Positions 53,671-61,998 of a stretch of DNA of 64,000 nucleotides are shown piece by piece (positions within the stretch are counted from its first letter, which is position 1; each line of letters starts with the position of its first letter). The DNA is taken from assembly GCA_963829055.1 (NCBI GenBank), contig CAWHHI010000004.1, positions 224,001 through 288,000 of the forward strand. The letters run 5' to 3'. The position numbers were made by a program, and so were the translations under genes. Source of the stretch: an uncultured Gemmatimonadaceae bacterium. Lineage in GTDB: Bacteria; Gemmatimonadota; Gemmatimonadetes; Gemmatimonadales; Gemmatimonadaceae. A model generated the notes under the pieces. That model ran no database searches, was not told where the DNA came from, and saw only the letters and a program-made list of their open reading frames with translations.

Positions 53671-55962
53671 CTACCACCCGTACAGCGCCTTGTAGGTCGC
53701 CTGATTGCGCAGCAGGATGCGCACGTAGTCCCGCGTCTCCTCGTACGGAATGCGCTCGATGAAGAGCTCGGGGTCATCCGCGCCCCGCTTCTGGCGCCAC
53801 CGCCGCACCGGCGAGCCGCCTGCATTGTATGCGGCCAACGCGTACTCGACGCGCGGATACTGGCGAAGCATCGCGTCGAGGTGCGCCATGCCGAGCGGCA
53901 CGTTCACGTCGGGCTGGAACAGCAGCACGCGGTCGAAGCCCGAGATTCCACGCGACTTCGCGATCGACGCACCCACGCTCGGGAGCACCTGCATGAGGCC
54001 AAGCGCGCCGGCTCGCGATGCCGCACGCGGGTTGAAGCTCGACTCCTGGTGGATCAGCGCGGCGGCGAGTGCGGGATCGACGTGGCGCGCCGTGGCTTCG
54101 GTGCGAATCACGTCGGCGAACGCGAGCGGGTAGAGCAGATGAAAGAGGCGTGTGTCGCGGGTGGCTGACGCAGCGAGCGCGCGGCGCGCCAGGCCCATCG
54201 CTCGCGACAGCTCGCCGCGTTTCCGCAGGGCGTCCGCGGCGGCGAGTAAGGAGTCGGGTGAGCGACCGGCGGCCGACACGATCGCATCGTACTCGAATCC
54301 CTCTTCCGTATTCATGCCGACGTCATCGAGCAGCGCCGCCCGCGCGACCGCGCGGGAGAGCTGCGGTGTCGTCGCGATCGAGTCGGGACTCGGTATGGGC
54401 CGCCAGGGCGCGGTGCCTAACCGTGCCGCGCTCTTCGTCGCGTAGTACGAGAGCGGGTCCGTGGCGATGACGTCGCGCCAACGTTGTGTGGCGCGTTGCT
54501 TGTCTCCCATGCGCTCGCGCGCGCGGCCTGACCAGTAGCGCGCGGCGGACGCGTCGACGCTCCGCGGATAGCGCTGGACGAGCGCGTCGAAATCACGGGC
54601 GGCTGCCTCGAACGTCCCGCCTGCATACGCGATGACCGCCGCATGAAACAACGCGGACGACGCGAGCACGCTCGTCGGAAACCGTCGCGCAATCTCATTG
54701 AACCCGGCGCGTGCATCCGTGTCTCGCCCATCATCGGTGGCGAGATCGGCCAACAGAAAGAGCGCGGGCGCGGCGACGGTGGTGTCGCGCGGAAATGCCT
54801 CGGTCACTCGGCGAAGCGCCGTGCGTGCTGCCGCTGTCTGACCAGCCTTCAACAGGGATCGTGCGCGTTGATAGGCAGCCGACGCGCCAACAGGAGCACT
54901 GGATGGAATGCGGGCGAGTTGTGTCGCGGCGTCCGCGTCGCGGCCGAGCCGCGAGAGCACCATTCCGTATGCATAACGATCCTGTACGTCGAGCGACTTC
55001 TCCAACCTGGAGAAGCCAGTTGCCGCGCGTGCGAGTAGACCAGCGCTGTTCGCGGCGCGCGCCGTGGCGATCTCCTCGCTCGCTGACAGCGGACCGAGAG
55101 AAGAATCGACGAGTGTGATCGCGACGCGGGCGTCGGCGGCGGAAGGATTGGCGGCGAGGAGCGCGAACGTCTCGCGTCGTATCGTCGTGCGCGACGCGGC
55201 AGACGTGTCGGCCATGAGCTGGAGGCGGAGTGACTGCCCCTTTTCGCCCAACGCCGCGTACGCGCGCGACGCGCCCGAGAAATCGCGCCACCGTTCCAGT
55301 GCCTGCGCTTCGGACGGCGCGATGCGCGCGCGCGCGACCGGGGTCGACACGCGTGCGTAGTCGCGTTGTCGACGTGACGCGTCGGCGGTCGCTCCCGCGG
55401 CGCGGAGGCCGAGCCATTCACCGATCAGCGGTAGGTGCGTCGCGGCACGGCGGTACGTGGCGGCCGCGCTGTCGCCAATGGCTTGCCGGTCCAATGCGCG
55501 AGCCAGTAGCACCTCGCGCGTGCCACGCTCAGGATCGGTTTTCGCCAACGCCACGGCACGCTCAGCGTGACCTCGGGCGACGGAATCCGCTCCGCGCGCC
55601 AGTGCTGATCGTGCGAGGAGCTCACGGGCGCGCCCGTCGAATAGGGAATCGATCCATGGCGCCATCGCGAGCTCACGGTCCACGCGCGACCACCCGCCCC
55701 ACGCCGCGGCCGCCGTGGCGGAGAGGAGCACGACGTCAGGGCTTCGAACGACTGGTGGCCGATAGGCCGAGTCGAGGATCGCGGTCGCCCGCCACGGCCT
55801 TCCGGCGTTCATGGCCGCGACTGCCACATTCACCGCGGGTTCCTTGCTCGACGCGAAAGGCGCCAGCGCGTTGTCCGATTGCGCGGGCGCTGCGTCGGGT
55901 CGCGAGCAAGCAACCAGGAACGCCACGAATGCGAGGCGAACGCACGGCGTGGATGATTTCAT
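53671..55962 (-). CDS. Soluble lytic transglycosylase (SLT) lipoprotein with TPR repeats
   Basis: Lipobox LVAC; TPR helices; IHQESSF, GALGLMQV, AAYNAG, IPYEETRDYV. Confidence 0.92.
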   Translation of the reverse strand: MKSSTPCVRLAFVAFLVACSRPDAAPAQSDNALAPFASSKEPAVNVAVAAMNAGRPWRATAILDSAYRPPVVRSPDVVLLSATAAAAWGGWSRVDRELAMAPWIDSLFDGRARELLARSALARGADSVARGHAERAVALAKTDPERGTREVLLARALDRQAIGDSAAATYRRAATHLPLIGEWLGLRAAGATADASRRQRDYARVSTPVARARIAPSEAQALERWRDFSGASRAYAALGEKGQSLRLQLMADTSAASRTTIRRETFALLAANPSAADARVAITLVDSSLGPLSASEEIATARAANSAGLLARAATGFSRLEKSLDVQDRYAYGMVLSRLGRDADAATQLARIPSSAPVGASAAYQRARSLLKAGQTAAARTALRRVTEAFPRDTTVAAPALFLLADLATDDGRDTDARAGFNEIARRFPTSVLASSALFHAAVIAYAGGTFEAAARDFDALVQRYPRSVDASAARYWSGRARERMGDKQRATQRWRDVIATDPLSYYATKSAARLGTAPWRPIPSPDSIATTPQLSRAVARAALLDDVGMNTEEGFEYDAIVSAAGRSPDSLLAAADALRKRGELSRAMGLARRALAASATRDTRLFHLLYPLAFADVIRTEATARHVDPALAAALIHQESSFNPRAASRAGALGLMQVLPSVGASIAKSRGISGFDRVLLFQPDVNVPLGMAHLDAMLRQYPRVEYALAAYNAGGSPVRRWRQKRGADDPELFIERIPYEETRDYVRILLRNQATYKALYGW

Positions 55963-56210
55963 GGCCAAGGAAGAACTCAGCTTCTGTACCACGTTGCGTC
56001 ACGGTTGTGGGCTCGGCCTCGGCACTCGTGTCGTCGCGCCGTGTAGGATTGTGGTACGACGACTATGATGTCTCGTGATGTCTCGATTGGCGGCATCAAT
56101 GCGGCGACTGGTGACGAATCCGCCGCATCAGGTGTCGAACGTAGAAGATGGGCGACTCCGAAGCCGTGCGATTGCGCCAGCTGACGAAGTCCGAGGATTA
56201 AGTTGTCATC

Positions 56211-58535
56211 ATGATCCGTAACTCTCGCGTCGCGATTACCGGATTGCTGCTCGTCGTGCTCGTGGCCGCCGTGTCCTGGGCGATCGCGACGCGCGGCTCG
56301 CGCCGCGTGCCAATGACGCCCGAAGTGGCGAGAGAGATGCGGGCGGGAAGCGAGTTCGCGTCGTTGCTCGAGCGCTCCACCGCCTCAATGCCTGCCGAAT
56401 CTATTTCGGTTCCGAACGCGGTGGCGCTGGGCTACCTCGAGCGGCTGCGCCTGGGGTTGAGCAGCCCATTCCGGCTGATCGACTACGCATTGGCTGACCG
56501 GATGCTGCCCGACTCGCTTCGTCATCTCGTCGCGTACGCGGTGCTGCAACGCACGCTCGACGGTGATACCTACCACGCTCCGCCCGCGGCGCTGTCGCTG
56601 GCCGGCGCGGCGATGCCCCAACTCCCGCCCGATCTCGCGGCGCGACACGTCGCGCTGATCGACAGCGTGATCGGCAAGGCGTCAGATCCGCGTGGGGGTG
56701 AGCTCACCGTCCGTGAGGCGTACCGTCTCGCGGGTGCCGCGGGTTCCATCGGGCGGCGCGGTCCGTGGCTCGGCACCCAGGTGGCGGCGCTCGCACGTGA
56801 TCGGGCGTTGGCCCGTACGGACGTGGTCGCTTTGCTCGCGACCGCGCGTCGCAATCGCGTCGACCCACTCGGGCTGATCCCTGTCTGGCGTCTCGAGCGG
56901 CGCTTCGAGGTCGAGCGTCCACTGATGAGCGCACTCCGCCCCGATGTCGAGCGCGACGCACTGGGCCATGTTCGGTCGCTCGTTCGCGAGCTGGACTCGC
57001 TGGCCGCCCGCGAGCGCCGCGCGGATGCAGACTCGACGCACCCGCGCTACGCGGTGACGTCGACGCTTTCCGCCGAGGCGGCGCGCCGGCTGGCGTCGGT
57101 CGCGGCAGTGCGGGCAGCGCCACCGCAAGCGCCGATCACGGTGGCCGTTACGAGCACCGTTCGCCCATCGCGGCTCACCGCGGGCGTGCTGTCCCCCGCG
57201 GATGAGCGGACGAAGGACGCGCTCACCCGGTTCGCCGACCGTGCCGTGAACGAGGAGTCGCTCGCAGGAGAGTACTCGCTGTTTCTGGCGCACGATTCGG
57301 TGCACGTGGCGCAGCCGTCGCTCGCCGTGTTGTGGGCCGCTGTCTCAATGCGTGCCTATTCCCAGGAGCGCGTCTGGTTCCCTGGCGACGGCGGACCATC
57401 TGTCCCCGATCTCAAGGACCGGTTCGGTCTGGCCGCGGTGAGCTTCGACGCCGACGTGCCAACGACGTGGCGCCCGTACTATCTCCGCATGCTCGGCTCG
57501 ACATTGTCGGACCTGCAGCGCGTCCTTCCGGCGTTCGGCGTTCGCGGTCTGGGCGTGCATTTCGGTGAGAGCCCGATGCGCGACGCGGCGCTCGCGATGC
57601 ACGATCCAGCGACGCGAACGATCTTCCTGCCGGTCGGGACCAGCGCCGGCGTGATCGCGCACGAGCTTGCGCACGACCTCGATTGGCAGACGGCGCGAAC
57701 GCGCTACGGTTTACGCGGTACGTACAGCACGGATCGCGCGGTTCGCCAGTATCGCGATCGCCTGGCGGCATCGATGCTCGAGCTCAGCGACGCCGGTCCC
57801 GGCGAGAGCTCGTTAGGCACGGACGGTGCCCGCGTGGTGCCGAGCGCCCGGCCGACGGAAGTGTTCGCGCGGAACGTCGATTGGTTCGTGAGTGCGGTGC
57901 TGGCGCGAGACGGGCGGATGAACGGGTATCTGTCCGCGGTGCAGGACGGCGTGCTCACGGGTTATGGCGCGGTGGCGGCTCCGGAGGTTGCGCGCGATGG
58001 CGCGCAGGCCATGATCCGCGCGCTCGATGAGATGACGCTCGTGGCGCCGGCGACGCGCGCCTGGTTCCTCGAGACGCATGGTCGCGCCCGGGCGATCCCG
58101 CTGCCTGAGCTCACGCGGCGCGTGCTCGAAGTGCCGCTCTCCTCGGCCGATCGACGCCTGGCGTCGGGCCCGCGCACGGCCGCGGACGTGGTCGCACCGT
58201 CGGGCGATGCGAGTGCGCGTGCACTCATCGCGTTAGGTGGTGGATGTCGCGGCGCGGTCGCGGGCGATCGGCTCGCGGACGAGCGGGCCCGTGTGCTCGT
58301 GGAGGCGGCGGACGCGCGCGCCCGAGGCCTGCTGGCGCGGCGCGCCCATTACGCGGCGACGTCCGAGCGCGCCCCATGGCAGGCGCGGGCGCTGTTAGGC
58401 AATGCGTGGACGCCGATGTACGCGGATCATGCGCAAACGGAGCTGCGCGATATCATCCTGCGTCGCGCGGTCCTGGCCGCGGCGCCGCGCGGTTCTGCGG
58501 CGGTGGTCGCCGCGGCGCCGCTGGGATGTCGATGA
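56211..58535 (+). CDS. Hypothetical membrane-anchored protein with a HExxH zincin motif
   Basis: N-terminal TM helix; VIAHELAHDLD and downstream RPTEVFAR. Confidence 0.65.
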   Translation: MIRNSRVAITGLLLVVLVAAVSWAIATRGSRRVPMTPEVAREMRAGSEFASLLERSTASMPAESISVPNAVALGYLERLRLGLSSPFRLIDYALADRMLPDSLRHLVAYAVLQRTLDGDTYHAPPAALSLAGAAMPQLPPDLAARHVALIDSVIGKASDPRGGELTVREAYRLAGAAGSIGRRGPWLGTQVAALARDRALARTDVVALLATARRNRVDPLGLIPVWRLERRFEVERPLMSALRPDVERDALGHVRSLVRELDSLAARERRADADSTHPRYAVTSTLSAEAARRLASVAAVRAAPPQAPITVAVTSTVRPSRLTAGVLSPADERTKDALTRFADRAVNEESLAGEYSLFLAHDSVHVAQPSLAVLWAAVSMRAYSQERVWFPGDGGPSVPDLKDRFGLAAVSFDADVPTTWRPYYLRMLGSTLSDLQRVLPAFGVRGLGVHFGESPMRDAALAMHDPATRTIFLPVGTSAGVIAHELAHDLDWQTARTRYGLRGTYSTDRAVRQYRDRLAASMLELSDAGPGESSLGTDGARVVPSARPTEVFARNVDWFVSAVLARDGRMNGYLSAVQDGVLTGYGAVAAPEVARDGAQAMIRALDEMTLVAPATRAWFLETHGRARAIPLPELTRRVLEVPLSSADRRLASGPRTAADVVAPSGDASARALIALGGGCRGAVAGDRLADERARVLVEAADARARGLLARRAHYAATSERAPWQARALLGNAWTPMYADHAQTELRDIILRRAVLAAAPRGSAAVVAAAPLGCR

Positions 58536-58562
58536 CTGCGAACTACGCGAGGTAGAGTTCGT

Positions 58563-58972
58563 CGCGTCGGGCCGGTGGGAACTACGATTTTGCGGATGAA
58601 CTGCAAAACGGCCGGATACGGCTTTGCATTCAGGCATCATCGCGCCGCGGCCAACGGGAACGGCGATCGCGCGGATGACGCGGAAGAAGCAGGATACTGC
58701 TCGGTAGGTCCGGCTCCTCACGCCACGAGCCGTGAATTCTTGGGGACGGCCGCTCGGGAGACTCCTGCGTCCCGGGCGGCCGTTGCCATTGTTCAATCAA
58801 GGCCCGGCGAGGGCCAGTGTCAATGCAAAGCCGTATCCGGCCGTTTTCCCATCATCCGCGTCATCGTTGTTCCCACCGACCGCGGCGCGGCAATGCGTGG
58901 ATGCAAAGCCGGATCCGGTAGTTTCGCGGTACAGATCCGCCCAATCGCCGTCTCCCACCGGCCCCGGCGCGC
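58563..58972. repeat. Composite inverted repeat: 2 reverse and 2 forward copies of a ~75-bp unit around a GC hairpin
   Basis: Unit TGCAAAGCCGKATCCGG...ATCCGC...TCCCACCGGCCCCGGCGCG at about 58563, 58633 (partial), 58819 and 58901; hairpin 58746-58783. Confidence 0.75.
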
Positions 58973-58977
58973 CAATG

Positions 58978-60081
58978 CTAGGTCGGTGCCTCGACTTTGC
59001 TAGGCTCACCCAATTCCGGCAGGTCCGTTCGCTTTACGACCAGCGTCCTCGTCGGGTAGGCGAATTGGATTTTCTCGGCCGCGAACTGGCGGAGGATCGT
59101 TAGGTTGATTGCCTGCTGCGCATTGACGTACGAGAGATAGTCCGCCGTCAACACGAAGTAGACCGTTTCGAAGTTGAGCGTCGAATCGCCGTAGCTGATG
59201 AAATGCGAGCGGTCGAAGCGGACCTGTTGCTGAGACTGTACTGCCTCTCGAATCATCGTAGGAATGCGCGCGACGGTGTCGGGCGGCGTGTCGTAGCTCA
59301 CGCCGATCATGAACACGATTCGCCGTTCCTGCATCCGCTTGAAGTTGCGGAGGCGGCTTCGCAGCAGGTCGGCGTTCGAGAATATCAGGAGCTCTCCGTT
59401 CAGGCTCCGGACTCGCGTCGTCTTGAGTCCCACGTTCTCGACCGTTCCCGTGAACGTATCGACGCCGATCGTATCGCCGACGACGAATGGCTTGTCGAGC
59501 ACGATCGCGAGCGCCGCGAACAGATCGCCGAGCACGTTCTGCACCGCGAGCGCGATCGCGATACCACCAACGCCGAGTCCCGTGATGAGCGCCGTGACGT
59601 CGTAGCCGAGTCGATTGAGTCCCACGAGCGAGAGCATGATCCAGAGGATCGCGCGCGCGACAAAGCTGAACGCGGCGACCGTCGTGCGGCTCGCGATGTC
59701 CGACTCGGCCTTCCGCTCGGCGTAGTTGCGGAACCAGAACGTAATGAGCCCATTGCCCCAGATCGCGATCTGCAGGATGAGCGCGATGGTGCCTAACACG
59801 CGCCCGACGGCGCGCGTTCGTTCCGGGAGGTCGAGGAACAGCATGCCGCTCGCGGCGGCGGCAGTGACGATGAAGAAGTACCGCGTGCGTCGCAGCAGAT
59901 CGACGATCGCATCGTCCGCTGTCGTCGCCGTGCGCTCGGCCATCTTCGCCAGTCGTCGCGAGATTATGGTGCGGGCGAGGAAGAGCGCTGTTCCCACGAC
60001 GGCGAAAACGATGCCGGCGACGGTCCACGCCTGCAGCGAGTTGTGGTAGAACCGCCACTCCAGGAAGTTCGATGGCTGCAT
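58978..60081 (-). CDS. mscS: Small-conductance mechanosensitive channel (MscS family)
   Basis: LITGLGVGGIAIALAVQNVLGDLFA...DKPFVVGD...GLKTTRVRSLNGE...FAYPTR. Confidence 0.93.
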   Translation of the reverse strand: MQPSNFLEWRFYHNSLQAWTVAGIVFAVVGTALFLARTIISRRLAKMAERTATTADDAIVDLLRRTRYFFIVTAAAASGMLFLDLPERTRAVGRVLGTIALILQIAIWGNGLITFWFRNYAERKAESDIASRTTVAAFSFVARAILWIMLSLVGLNRLGYDVTALITGLGVGGIAIALAVQNVLGDLFAALAIVLDKPFVVGDTIGVDTFTGTVENVGLKTTRVRSLNGELLIFSNADLLRSRLRNFKRMQERRIVFMIGVSYDTPPDTVARIPTMIREAVQSQQQVRFDRSHFISYGDSTLNFETVYFVLTADYLSYVNAQQAINLTILRQFAAEKIQFAYPTRTLVVKRTDLPELGEPSKVEAPT

Positions 60082-60137
60082 GCTCTGGATCGTGATTTCG
60101 GGTTACGGAGATTCCCGAATCTAAGCGGTCTGGTTCA

Positions 60138-60503
60138 GCGCGCCGGGGCCGGTGAGAACTACGATTGGGCGAATGAACTGCAAAACTGCCACGGCTGTCA
60201 TTCCGAGCGAAGGCCGCAGGCCGGAGTCGAGGAATCGAGACACTGCCCGGTAGAGAGCCCTCTACGCCGACAATCGGGATTCCTCGACTCCGCCGCTCTG
60301 CGGCTCCGCTCGGAATGACAACTTCGCGCAACGACTCGGGATTTCTTCGGAACGGCCGCTCGGGACGCAGGAGTCTCCCGAGCGGCCGTGTTCCTATTCA
60401 TTCACGGTCCGCCACGAGCCAGCGTCAATGCAAAGCCGGATCCGGCCGTTTTGCAGTTCATCCGCCCAATCGCCGTTCCCACCGGCCCCGGCGCGATGAT
60501 GCC
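60138..60503. repeat. Second copy of the composite repeat, interrupted by a REP/MITE-like element
   Basis: Reverse unit 60138-60195, hairpin 60352-60389, forward unit 60424-60503. Confidence 0.75.
60196..60320. repeat. REP/MITE-like element (TGTCATTCCGAG family)
   Basis: TGTCATTCCGAGCG...GAGTCGAGGAATC...GATTCCTCGACTC...CGCTCGGAATGACA. Confidence 0.85.
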
Positions 60504-60526
60504 AGAAAGCAAAGCACCCGCGTCAA

Positions 60527-61030
60527 TCAATCCTCTAGGACGGGCTCGTACTGCTCCGCTGGCCGCGGGCGCAGGTGGTCATCCGCCGCGAGCATCCGCG
60601 CGCACGTGTTCCACCTCAGGATCGCTTCGTCGTTACCCGCCGGTCGCATCGCCTCCGCGGTCTCGTACCACTCCATGGCTTCGCGGAAGGACTCGTAGGC
60701 CATCGAGCCCGAGCCCGGCACCGACTGACGACGCTGCACCTTCGCGCGGCGTTCGCAGATGATGCCCGAGTAGTACGCGCGCTTGTACTCGTCACGTAGA
60801 CGCGGCAGTACTTCGCGTGCGCGTCGCAAGCCGTCGCCGAGGTCATCGATGAACTGATCCGTGATGGAGAGCAGCAGCACGATCAGCGCTTGCTGGTTCT
60901 CGGGATCGATCTCGACGATGTCGCGGCAAATGCTCTCCGCCGCGGACGAATCGTTCAGCAGACGGTAGCGCTCCGCTTTCTGGAGCGCCGCGGCGACGCC
61001 GGATGGCGAAATGCGTTTGAGCGTGAACAC
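60527..61030 (-). CDS. Hypothetical TPR-like helical protein downstream of sdhB
   Basis: KAERYRLLN...AESICRD...YYSGIICERRAK...NDEAILRWNTCAR; AGGAG RBS. Confidence 0.75.
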   Translation of the reverse strand: MFTLKRISPSGVAAALQKAERYRLLNDSSAAESICRDIVEIDPENQQALIVLLLSITDQFIDDLGDGLRRAREVLPRLRDEYKRAYYSGIICERRAKVQRRQSVPGSGSMAYESFREAMEWYETAEAMRPAGNDEAILRWNTCARMLAADDHLRPRPAEQYEPVLED

Positions 61031-61068
61031 GAAAACTCCTGGTTGAGTGCTCGAGTAGAGCGCTCGAG

Positions 61069-61860
61069 TCAGACGTCTTTCTTTCGTCGCGAGAAAATCT
61101 TCACCAGCTTGCCGAGCGGATCGTAGAACTCATCCACCACGCGTTCTTTCAGCGGAATGATCGCGTTGTCGGTGATCGTGATCCCCTCGGGGCACACCTT
61201 CGTGCAGCACTTCGTGATGTTGCAGTAGCCGATGCCATGCTCACGCTTGAGGTCGGCCACGCGATCCTCGACATCGAGCGGATGCATTTCGAGCGCCGCC
61301 ACGTACGTGAGGAAACGCGGACCGATGAACTGCTCGTGCTTCTTGTGATCGCGGAGGACGTGGCAGACGTCCTGACAGAGAAAGCACTCGATGCACTTCC
61401 GGAACTCCTGGACGCGATCGACGTCGTCCTGAGAGATCCGCCACGTTCCGTCCGGCGCGTCCGGCTTTCTCGGCTTGAACGGCTTGATCTCCTTCTTCAC
61501 CCGGAAATTCCACGACACGTCCGTGACGAGATCACGGATGGGCGGGAACGCGCGCATCGGCTCGACGGTCACGGGCTTGTCGAGCGGAATCTCGCTCAGA
61601 CGCGCCATGCACATGAGCTTCGGACTGCCGTTGATCTCGGCCGAGCACGAGCCGCACTTGCCGGCCTTGCAGTTCCAGCGCACGGCGAGGTCGTTCGCCT
61701 GTTCGGCCTGAATCTGATGGATGGCGTCGAGGACGACCATCCCTTCTTCGACGGGCGTGGTGTAGTCCACGAGCTTGCCGCTCTTGTCGTCGCCGCGCCA
61801 CACGCGGAACGTCGCGGTCGCGGGAGAAGGCGCGGTGCTGGCGGACGAGTGATTCGACAT
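61069..61860 (-). CDS. sdhB: Succinate dehydrogenase/fumarate reductase Fe-S subunit (Sdh1/Rv0247c type)
   Basis: VWRGD...RWNCKAGKCGSC...LMC; CIECFLCQDVC; CNITKCCTKVCP. Confidence 0.95.
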   Translation of the reverse strand: MSNHSSASTAPSPATATFRVWRGDDKSGKLVDYTTPVEEGMVVLDAIHQIQAEQANDLAVRWNCKAGKCGSCSAEINGSPKLMCMARLSEIPLDKPVTVEPMRAFPPIRDLVTDVSWNFRVKKEIKPFKPRKPDAPDGTWRISQDDVDRVQEFRKCIECFLCQDVCHVLRDHKKHEQFIGPRFLTYVAALEMHPLDVEDRVADLKREHGIGYCNITKCCTKVCPEGITITDNAIIPLKERVVDEFYDPLGKLVKIFSRRKKDV

Positions 61861-61884
61861 TCGTTAGAGCTCCTCGATCGACTG

Positions 61885-61993
61885 TGTCATTCCGAGCGTC
61901 AGCGAGGGAGCTGACTGTCCCTTCATCATGGCGAATCTGGCCACAATCACGTTCGAGAAGGTTCCTCGGTCGCTTCGCTTCCTCGGGATGACA
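61885..61993. repeat. REP/MITE-like element between sdhA and sdhB
   Basis: TGTCATTCCGAGCG...CTCGGGATGACA, with the shared core CATCATGG...CTGGCCAC...GTTCGAGAAG. Confidence 0.8.
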
Positions 61994-61998
61994 GTGCC

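Noticed and set aside
58563..60503. CRISPR array
   Set aside because: The units are degenerate, inverted and lack regular unique spacers, and there are no cas genes.
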